Source: Clostridia bacterium (GTDB taxonomy: Bacteria; Bacillota; Clostridia; Christensenellales; UBA1242). From it: a stretch of 32,000 nucleotides of DNA. Numbering within the stretch: position 1 is the stretch's first letter; every line of letters starts with the position of its first letter. The position numbers were made by a program, and so were the translations under genes. The stretch is taken from assembly GCA_017541375.1 (NCBI GenBank), contig JAFXZE010000005.1, positions 213,919 to 245,918 on the forward strand. Direction: 5' to 3'. Below are positions 14,139 to 20,743 of this stretch, piece after piece. The notes beneath the pieces are model-generated. The model searched no databases and was not told the origin of the DNA. It saw only the letters and a list, made by a program, of their open reading frames with translations.

Positions 14139-16856
14139 ATGTCAAATGGTGATTTTATGAAAGAATCAGAAATTTTAATATGTCATTATAATAATGGTAA
14201 ATGGTGCGATGTTACAAAAAATGTAGAGTTGTTTAGCGCAGAGAATAATGCATGGAGAGTAAAATTTAAAAGTTCCGACAAGTTTTATTATATTTCTTCT
14301 CGAAATATGAGAGTATTTGATAAGCCAAAAGAAGTCGAATTTGTTGATCTCTATTATAAACAATCCCCCTGTTTAAATGTAAAAAAATTATTACTTTTTA
14401 ATGACAAAGTATATAAAATTTTTTATAATAATGGTTATACTTGTTTTACATCCCCACAAGAGATAAAAATAATTAAAGATACACTTAAAGAAGATGAAAA
14501 AGCCGCTGGGGTTATGGCATATTACAGAAAAGTTGTTAAAGAAACAGCTAAAACTGAAGAAGATAAGTTTATGATTTCTCAGTTTGATGATATTAGTTAT
14601 GTTAATAATGACAGTGTATTATCTTTATACCTAAAGGGAAAATTGGCTAAGAGTAAAGAAAAATTAGAAATCCCCATAGTGTGCCCATTTGGATTAAACA
14701 TGAGCCAAGCAGATGCATTAAAAATGGCATTTGAAAATAGAATATCTATTATTGAGGGCCCTCCTGGAACCGGTAAAACCCAAACTATTTTAAATATTTT
14801 AAGTAACGCCGTTATACGTGGTAAATCAGTTGCTGTCGTATCAAACAACAATTCAGCCACAGACAATGTTTTTGAAAAATTAGAAAAATATGGTTATTCG
14901 TTTATTTGTGCTCAACTTGGTAATGCAGATAATGTTAATAGGTTTTTTGAAGAATGTGATTCAAGCATCCCGAAAATGCAAAAAGAAAATGTTGACATTG
15001 ATAAACTTAATAAATTGTATTCGAATCTTCCAAGTTATTTTGAAAAAGAAAACAACAAAAAGCAGATATTGAGCATGATTGATGCTCTTGATTTAGAATA
15101 TAAACATTTTTTATCAGATAATGAATCATTTGATTTTGATGAATACAAATTTAAAAATATAAATGTACTACCTAATAATGTTCAAGAAGTAATTGTTAAA
15201 TTAAAAGAAAAAGAGAAGATTGGATTTTTTGAAAGACTATTTATTAAAATAAAACTTAGAGTTAAAACAAAATTTTTTAAAATAGATAAAGATAAAGAAA
15301 TTTTACTTCTTCAAAACTTATATTACTTGACTAAAAAGAATTACTTAAAGAAGCAAATTGAAGAAATAGATAAATATATGAAAGATGAATCTTTAGAAGA
15401 TAAAACAAATGATTTTAGAGATTTGTCAAATAAGTATTTCAAAAATAAGTTAATCGAAATGTATTCTAATAAAAATAGAAGTTATTATGATAGATCTAAT
15501 TATAAGAAATGCTTCTCTGATTTTATTAAAAATTATCCGGTCATTCTAAGTTCCACATACGCTTTAGCCAAATGTTCCCCCAAAGATTATTTATTTGATT
15601 ACTTAATAGTTGATGAATCGTCACAAGTTAATATGGCAAGTGCAATTTTATCAATGCAAATAGCTATTAATATTATTGTAGTTGGTGATATAAAACAATT
15701 ACCACAAATTGATGATTCAACATTTAATCAACGTAATGAGCAATTATTAAAAAAGTTTAATGTGTCTAAAGCATATAGCTATCAAGGAAATAGTATCATG
15801 AGTAGTTTACTATCTCTTTATGGTGATAGTATTCCTAAACAAATGTTAAAGGAACATTATAGATGTGCACCAGAAATAATAAATTTCTGTAACGAAGAAT
15901 TTTACGATAATCAATTAATTGTTTATACAAAACCCAAAAAAAATGTAACAAGTATGAAAGTTATAAAAACTGTTGCAGGTAATTTTGCAAGAAAAAATCC
16001 TGATGGTTCTGGCCAATATAATCAACGCGAGATTGATGAAATAGAAAATTTAATTAACACCGAATCGATGGAAGATATAGGTATTATTACACCATATAGA
16101 TATCAAGCTAAACTTATACAGGATAAATTTGGTAATAAAGTAGATGCAAGTACTATTCATAAATTTCAAGGAAGGGAAAAAAAGTCAATTATTTTTTCAT
16201 CCGTAGTAAATGATGTTAATGACTTTGTTGATAATGATAATTTAATCAATGTCGCAGTATCTAGAGCGGTAGATAATTTTATATTAATTACATCTGATAA
16301 AGTAGCTAATTCAAAAACAGGTGTGTTAGCTGACTTAATTAACTATATTACATATCATGAAGATTTTGGAAAAATGGACGAAAGCAAAATTAAATCCATT
16401 TATGATATTTTGTATAGCGATTATGAGGAAGAGTTAAATAAATTTAGAAAAAATCATCCATCAAAAGACTTTGATACAGAAAACATTACAAAAGAATTAT
16501 TAAAAAGCATCCTCAGTGATACCAAATACAAAAGTTTATGGTTTAGAATGCATGTATCACTTAGTGATTTTGTTAGAAATAATAATCATGATTTAACTGA
16601 TGAAGAATATAAATTCTACATTAATCCTAAAGCACATGTTGATTTTTTAATCTATAATAAAATGAGCAGAAAACCTGTTTGTGTAATAGAAGTTGATGGT
16701 GTTGCTTTCCATGAACAACAAGAAAAACAGAAAGAGCGAGACGTTAAAAAAGATTCAATATTAAAAAAGTCCGGCATTCCAATTTTAAGATTAAGAACAA
16801 ATGAAAGCAACGAAGAAAAACGAGTAAAAGATTTTATTGATTTTCAAATAAATTAA
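14139..16856 (+). CDS. SF1B (Upf1/DNA2-like) helicase fused to a C-terminal Vsr-like PD-(D/E)xK nuclease domain (DUF2726/DUF559 type), with an unassigned N-terminal domain of about 180 aa
   Basis: Helicase motifs are I GPPGTGKT, II LIVDESSQ, III VVGDIKQLPQI, IV EHYRCAPEIINFCNEEFY, V IHKFQGREKKSIIFSSV and VI NVAVSRA. A K/E/N-rich insertion of about 220 aa lies between motifs I and II. The C-terminus reads HVDFLIYNK...VCVIEVDGVAFHE...RDVKKDSILKKSGIPILRL. An alternative start is the ATG at 14157 (MKESE). Confidence 0.85.
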   Translation: MSNGDFMKESEILICHYNNGKWCDVTKNVELFSAENNAWRVKFKSSDKFYYISSRNMRVFDKPKEVEFVDLYYKQSPCLNVKKLLLFNDKVYKIFYNNGYTCFTSPQEIKIIKDTLKEDEKAAGVMAYYRKVVKETAKTEEDKFMISQFDDISYVNNDSVLSLYLKGKLAKSKEKLEIPIVCPFGLNMSQADALKMAFENRISIIEGPPGTGKTQTILNILSNAVIRGKSVAVVSNNNSATDNVFEKLEKYGYSFICAQLGNADNVNRFFEECDSSIPKMQKENVDIDKLNKLYSNLPSYFEKENNKKQILSMIDALDLEYKHFLSDNESFDFDEYKFKNINVLPNNVQEVIVKLKEKEKIGFFERLFIKIKLRVKTKFFKIDKDKEILLLQNLYYLTKKNYLKKQIEEIDKYMKDESLEDKTNDFRDLSNKYFKNKLIEMYSNKNRSYYDRSNYKKCFSDFIKNYPVILSSTYALAKCSPKDYLFDYLIVDESSQVNMASAILSMQIAINIIVVGDIKQLPQIDDSTFNQRNEQLLKKFNVSKAYSYQGNSIMSSLLSLYGDSIPKQMLKEHYRCAPEIINFCNEEFYDNQLIVYTKPKKNVTSMKVIKTVAGNFARKNPDGSGQYNQREIDEIENLINTESMEDIGIITPYRYQAKLIQDKFGNKVDASTIHKFQGREKKSIIFSSVVNDVNDFVDNDNLINVAVSRAVDNFILITSDKVANSKTGVLADLINYITYHEDFGKMDESKIKSIYDILYSDYEEELNKFRKNHPSKDFDTENITKELLKSILSDTKYKSLWFRMHVSLSDFVRNNNHDLTDEEYKFYINPKAHVDFLIYNKMSRKPVCVIEVDGVAFHEQQEKQKERDVKKDSILKKSGIPILRLRTNESNEEKRVKDFIDFQIN

Positions 16857-17010
16857 GATTTATGTAATTTAGAAAGATTTGAATTCTTGCAAAATGTTTT
16901 TATTTGATTTTTGATTAGTTATAATCTTACTTCGTGCTAGATTATAACACAAAAAAGTCTAAACCAAATATATAAGTATTCAATTTAGACTTAACTGGTG
17001 TACCAGAATA

Positions 17011-17032
17011 AAAAGGCTTTTAGCCTTTTTTG
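17011..17032 (+). terminator. Intrinsic terminator downstream of the helicase-nuclease gene
   Basis: AAAAGGCT-TTT-AGCCTTTT followed by a T-run. Confidence 0.55.
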
Positions 17033-17039
17033 TTATGGT

Positions 17040-17185
17040 GCAATGACATGAATTAGCATGAGTAAGTAAAACGCACTAGGGGCTCGAACAAGCATGTCTT
17101 GAGCAATAGTCCTGTGAACTATTGCTAGTGCTTCGTCATGATAGTGAAGCATAGCGAAACGGCGTGAGTCCCTTCATTCGCACCA
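17040..17185 (+). pseudogene. Degenerate 146-nt tRNA-Leu-like element with insertions at the D loop, anticodon loop and variable arm. Its last 20 nt are identical to tRNA-Leu.
   Basis: Collinear blocks match tRNA-Leu. These are GCAATG vs GCGAATG, GAATT, ACGCACTAGG vs ACGCGCTAGG, and CTAGTG vs CTTAGTG. The T arm has the right geometry, and 17166-17185 equals 14013-14032. Details are in the findings. Confidence 0.5.
17166..17185 (+). repeat. Exact 20-nt repeat of the tRNA-Leu 3' end (attR-like)
   Basis: GAGTCCCTTCATTCGCACCA is identical to 14013-14032. Confidence 0.9.
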
Positions 17186-17190
17186 AATTT

Positions 17191-17212
17191 AGAGCTTCGG
17201 CTCTTTTATTTT
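17191..17212 (+). terminator. Intrinsic terminator after the tRNA-Leu-like element, probably the ancestral tRNA operon terminator
   Basis: AGAGC-TTCG-GCTCT followed by TTTATTTT. Confidence 0.65.
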
Positions 17213-17346
17213 CATCTGGCTCTGAGTAAATAAACTTCATAACTAGCCCTGATAGAAGTATTCTATTTTATTTACGCTATGATATCCAATCATTAAAATT
17301 TAGTTTTAATGGTTTGATTAGTTTTTTACATTTTTTTACAAAATAT

Positions 17347-17375
17347 TTGCAAACTCAAAACTAAAATGATAAAAT
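17347..17375 (+). promoter_or_regulatory. Putative promoter of the 17399 membrane protein gene
   Basis: -35 TTGCAA (17347-17352), a 17-nt spacer, and an extended -10 TGaTAAAAT (TAAAAT = 17370-17375). Confidence 0.5.
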
Positions 17376-17398
17376 GTAATAATAAAACTAGGTGAAAA

Positions 17399-17539
17399 AT
17401 GGATAAAATTTATAACGTTGATAAAATTAATCAAATGAGATGCATAGCTGGCTTAGTAATGAGTAGTATTATGGCAATATTAGCTTTTTTGGCACTAGTC
17501 TTAAACATTGCAAACTTTTTTAGACTAGAAACTCCATAA
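17399..17539 (+). CDS. 46-aa single-TM ORF, probably the severed N-terminus of the following membrane protein
   Basis: The ATG at 17399 follows AGGTGAAAA. The product is MDKIYNVDKINQMRCIAGLVMSSIMAILAFLALVLNIANFFRLETP, ending at TAA 17537-17539. It is in the same reading frame as the 17546 ORF. Confidence 0.35.
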   Translation: MDKIYNVDKINQMRCIAGLVMSSIMAILAFLALVLNIANFFRLETP

Positions 17540-17545
17540 GCAGGT

Positions 17546-18289
17546 ATGGGAACTTTCCGAATGTTTACCACACTGTCAAATATATTGGTTGGAATTGCAG
17601 CCTTACTCTGTATCCCTTTTCAAATAGAAGGATTACGAAAAAAACACTATCATTTACCAAAATGGATTGTGATTTTATTATACATCGGTACAGTTGGGGT
17701 AGCTCTGACGTTCTTTATCTCCATAACTACTATATCTATTGCAAAAGGTTTTGTGGATACAATGTTTTATAGGTCAAACATTTTTTTACACACCATAAAT
17801 CCAATTTTTGCGATTGTATTATTCACTTTTATAAATTGCGACCATAAAATAGAATTCAAAAAATCATATTTAACATTTATTCCAGTATTAATTTATGCAT
17901 TACTTTATACTATAATGGTCTTTTTTATAGGAGAAGATAATGGTGGTTGGCGCGACGTATACAAATTAAATGCTTACATTCCTTGGCCTATTACTTTTGC
18001 GATAATGTTTTTGATCGTACTAGGAATCGCAAATTTACTTCGCTTTTTGCACAACAAAAAATATATTCACACAGAAAATTGTATCATTAAATATTATCAG
18101 CTATCCCCTGATTTTGATAAAAAATCAATCGAAGATGCCATTTCTGTATTAGCTCAAAAACAAACCATAAAGTCAAAAGATACTATACAAATTCCCGTAA
18201 AGATATTTGAGATACTAAAGCAACGCTACAAAAGTAATCAAACCATAGACCAACTCGCAACTATGTACATAAAAGCATTACCCAAATAA
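17546..18289 (+). CDS. Multi-pass membrane protein (tentatively Pr6Pr/AIG1-like) with a soluble C-terminal tail
   Basis: It has about 5 hydrophobic helices and an FRMFTTLSN motif near the start. The RBS before 17546 is poor (AGCAGG only 1 nt from the ATG), which fits an original start at 17399. Confidence 0.7.
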   Translation: MGTFRMFTTLSNILVGIAALLCIPFQIEGLRKKHYHLPKWIVILLYIGTVGVALTFFISITTISIAKGFVDTMFYRSNIFLHTINPIFAIVLFTFINCDHKIEFKKSYLTFIPVLIYALLYTIMVFFIGEDNGGWRDVYKLNAYIPWPITFAIMFLIVLGIANLLRFLHNKKYIHTENCIIKYYQLSPDFDKKSIEDAISVLAQKQTIKSKDTIQIPVKIFEILKQRYKSNQTIDQLATMYIKALPK

Positions 18290-18333
18290 TTTCTTTACAT
18301 CATGATTTCACGCCTTTAATTTTCGCTTAGATA

Positions 18334-18362
18334 TTGACAAATCTGCTGTTTTTTGATATAAT
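18334..18362 (+). promoter_or_regulatory. Consensus sigma-70 promoter
   Basis: TTGACA (18334-18339), an exact 17-nt spacer, and TATAAT (18357-18362). Confidence 0.7.
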
Positions 18363-18380
18363 AGTGCTGAGGTGGATAAA

Positions 18381-18935
18381 ATGGGATATGGGAACAATAA
18401 AAATCTAAGTGACATCGGAGATGTGATGCAAAGAATTGCGGAAATTGAGCTAAGAGAGACAATTCAACCGGCATCAGATGAGTTTTTTACTGATATTTTT
18501 GAAGAAATGGCAGATAATATCAGCACTATTCAAGATCCAGAAAAACAAGAAGAACGGATTACAAATATCGAAAATTTTGTGAGTACTCAATTAAAGCTCG
18601 CGGAGAATAATGTATATTTTCCTAGAAAAATTGAACGAAATCGTAGTAAAAAGCCAAAACTCGTAATCACAGCCGAGCCGATTTTAAAGAGTATTTTTGA
18701 GGAAAGCATGACAAAAGCTTTTGACAAAAACATCAAAAATATCAATATGGAAACTTTGTATCGCATGTTTGGATTGTATCATCTACTAAATAATATGACC
18801 CAAACAGCTTTTGACAATGTTATCTCAAAAGAGCAAAAAAACTTTAAAAGGCAACGCAGAAAAAAACTAGAAGAAAGAAATAATATTTATTATAAAGAAA
18901 TCGAAGTTGATTCAGAAACTTTAAATAAAAATTAA
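18381..18935 (+). CDS. Hypothetical K/E-rich soluble protein
   Basis: The track ORF starts at GTG 18372. The ATG at 18381 follows GAGGTGG with a 5-nt spacer. I recognise no motif. Confidence 0.6.
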   Translation: MGYGNNKNLSDIGDVMQRIAEIELRETIQPASDEFFTDIFEEMADNISTIQDPEKQEERITNIENFVSTQLKLAENNVYFPRKIERNRSKKPKLVITAEPILKSIFEESMTKAFDKNIKNINMETLYRMFGLYHLLNNMTQTAFDNVISKEQKNFKRQRRKKLEERNNIYYKEIEVDSETLNKN

Positions 18936-18954
18936 GAGCGCAAGCTCTTTTTTA
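18934..18954 (+). terminator. Intrinsic terminator overlapping the stop codon
   Basis: AAGAGC-GCAA-GCTCTT followed by TTTT. Confidence 0.7.
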
Positions 18955-19016
18955 GTTTTAAAAATTGAGATGAACGATACTCTAATAAGCTATAGATATA
19001 CCGAATTATAAGTAAC

Positions 19017-19042
19017 AAAAAAGAGCGATATCGCTCTTTTTT
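19017..19042. terminator. Bidirectional intrinsic terminator
   Basis: AAAAAAGAGCGATATCGCTCTTTTTT is a perfect palindrome flanked by A and T runs, 12 nt from the stop of the 19054 gene. Confidence 0.75.
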
Positions 19043-19053
19043 AGTGTTTTGGC

Positions 19054-19995
19054 TTATCTAGCCATCTCAGGAGCATCAGCAGTCTTGTTAACAGCTTTCT
19101 TTGTCTTTGGAGCAGGTTTCTCTACAACCTTTTCAACTACTTCCTCAGCTTTTTCAGTAGCCTTTTCAGCTGCTACTTCAACTTTTTCTGCTACCTCTTC
19201 AGCCTTCTCAGCAACTTGTTCAGCTGCCTTCTCTGCGTCTTTTTCAGCAGTCTCTAAATTCTCCTTGTACCACTCTTTCTTCTTGTCTTCCTTAGTTGGC
19301 TCTTGCTTTTCAGCCTGCGCTACTACTTCTACATTAGCATTATCCTTAGCATCATCTGTCTTGTTATAATCGAAGTATTCTTGCATAATTTTAGGCATAC
19401 GAGCCCATTTCAAAATTCTAGCAAATAGTGATGTCTTTCTAGTCTCTTCATTAGTAAAAGTCAAAGTTTGCACTCTCTTTTCGCCTTTTGCACGATTGAA
19501 AAATTTAAACTTTAATTTTCTTGCGCAAGAATTTGGATTGCTCAAAATGTCGATTAATCTTCTTCTTGCTAAATATCTTCTTCCTACAATTGGAGCCAAT
19601 ATTCTAACGGCTGCACCAGCAGCAATTAAACCAATACCAGCCAGCAATGACAATCCCCCAGTAAGCCACATTCCAAGCCCGATTAAAGGCACTGCTACAT
19701 AAGGAGCTAGTGCTGTAGCTGCTACAGTACCAGCCTTAAGGCTAGTAGATACTGTATAGCCATTGCAGTAATCTTTAAATTGCTCAGGTGACTCACTATT
19801 TAGAGCCTCCAATTTGTCTTGGTTCCACTGAGCAAAAGAAATGTAGGCCTCATTACTTCTTTTCTTTCCCTTCTTGTATTCTCTATACTCTCTCTTCCAT
19901 TGTTTTTGCGTCTGACGATAGAAATTGAACACTCTGTTTAATTCAGTGTCTTCAATTTTTCTTGCTTCGTCCTGCGCTGCATTGTAAAATCTCAT
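19054..19995 (-). CDS. Hypothetical membrane protein with an A/E/K-rich repetitive C-terminal tail
   Basis: The track ORF starts at TTG 20076. The ATG at 19995 (MRFYNAAQ) is preceded by GGAGGAG-TTT. It has central glycine/alanine-rich TM hairpins and a tail reading AEKAAEQVAEKAEEVAEKVEVAAEKATEKAEEVVEKVVEK. Confidence 0.6.
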   Translation of the reverse strand: MRFYNAAQDEARKIEDTELNRVFNFYRQTQKQWKREYREYKKGKKRSNEAYISFAQWNQDKLEALNSESPEQFKDYCNGYTVSTSLKAGTVAATALAPYVAVPLIGLGMWLTGGLSLLAGIGLIAAGAAVRILAPIVGRRYLARRRLIDILSNPNSCARKLKFKFFNRAKGEKRVQTLTFTNEETRKTSLFARILKWARMPKIMQEYFDYNKTDDAKDNANVEVVAQAEKQEPTKEDKKKEWYKENLETAEKDAEKAAEQVAEKAEEVAEKVEVAAEKATEKAEEVVEKVVEKPAPKTKKAVNKTADAPEMAR

Positions 19996-20127
19996 AAACT
20001 CCTCCAGATGTTTAAATGTATAGGCTATTAATGAAAATAGCGCTAGTAGTATAGCATAATCAAAATTAAAAAGCAACTAAATTGAATATAGATTTTCACA
20101 TTTTGCAAAAAATTGAATTTTAAAGAT

Positions 20128-20154
20128 AAAAAGAGCGCAACTTACGCTCTTTTT
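20128..20154 (-). terminator. Intrinsic terminator of the 20162 gene (symmetric flanks)
   Basis: AAGAGCG-CAACTTA-CGCTCTT with an A-run and a T-run on either side. Confidence 0.7.
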
Positions 20155-20161
20155 AATAGTT

Positions 20162-20722
20162 TTATACATTATACATAGGATTCATTTCTGGGAGTTCCTC
20201 AATAATTGCACTCATGTTGCCTTTACATTTTATCTTGAATGTTTGTTTTTGCTCTAAAAAGCTAACTTGATTGGGAGTAAATGAATTAATAGATATTACA
20301 TTATGGGTAACCCCTTTTTCATCTCTATAAGTATACTTTATTTTCTTATATACACTTGCTTTTAGTGGCACATCACCGAGAGATGCTATTGTTCCTCCCT
20401 CACTCATGGGATGTCCTCCAACCTGTGTTATTGTGCCTCCAGCTAATTTTGAGCCCATATAAGTCGCCTCTGTAATATATACTGTAGTATCTTTTAGTAG
20501 TTTATTATATTTAACAATCAATATAGTTCTATAAATTGCCCAACATAATATAATCACTCCCACAACTAGAAATATGCTGCCCAATACTCTCATAAGGACT
20601 ATAGATCCATTTTGATTAGATACTAATTTAGATATCCAAACTAATATTCCGCCACTAATAAAAACTGCAGCTACAATAAACATAAAAGCTGGATTATTAT
20701 TGGCATCACCGTTCTTTTTCAT
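20162..20722 (-). CDS. Hypothetical membrane protein (2 TM plus a C-terminal beta-rich domain)
   Basis: The ATG has a GGAGA RBS. There are two N-terminal hydrophobic helices. I recognise no motif. Confidence 0.6.
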   Translation of the reverse strand: MKKNGDANNNPAFMFIVAAVFISGGILVWISKLVSNQNGSIVLMRVLGSIFLVVGVIILCWAIYRTILIVKYNKLLKDTTVYITEATYMGSKLAGGTITQVGGHPMSEGGTIASLGDVPLKASVYKKIKYTYRDEKGVTHNVISINSFTPNQVSFLEQKQTFKIKCKGNMSAIIEELPEMNPMYNV

Positions 20723-20743
20723 GAATTTTCTCCAATTACAAGG

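Larger units (their letters stand above)
14033..17165. mobile_element. Putative integrated genomic islet (no integrase) between tRNA-Leu and a repeat of its 3' end
   Basis: A 20-nt exact direct repeat occurs at 14013-14032 and 17166-17185. The interval holds a single cargo gene. It looks more AT-rich than the flanking genes, but I did not quantify this. Confidence 0.5.

Noticed and set aside
7380-17048. Recurrent AATGACA(A) motif in noncoding hairpin loops (7380-7388, 10372-10380, 17042-17048)
   Set aside because: It is only a 7-9-mer in an AT-rich genome and I noticed it post hoc. The expected chance occurrence is not negligible and the strand contexts differ.
14033-17165. An integrase, recombinase or transposase that would make the islet an autonomous element
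   Set aside because: I saw no ORF or recognisable remnant on either strand apart from the helicase-nuclease gene. The islet call therefore rests only on the direct repeat and the cargo.
17037-17185. tmRNA (ssrA) or another known tRNA-like RNA ending in ...CACCA
   Set aside because: The element lacks the GGGG 5' end and any tag reading frame, and at about 146 nt it is too short. Its collinear blocks match the neighbouring tRNA-Leu specifically.
19049-19369. Plus-strand 106-aa S/A/F-rich ORF
   Set aside because: It is the antisense shadow of the GAA/GCT-rich repeat that encodes the A/E/K tail of the 19054..19995 gene.
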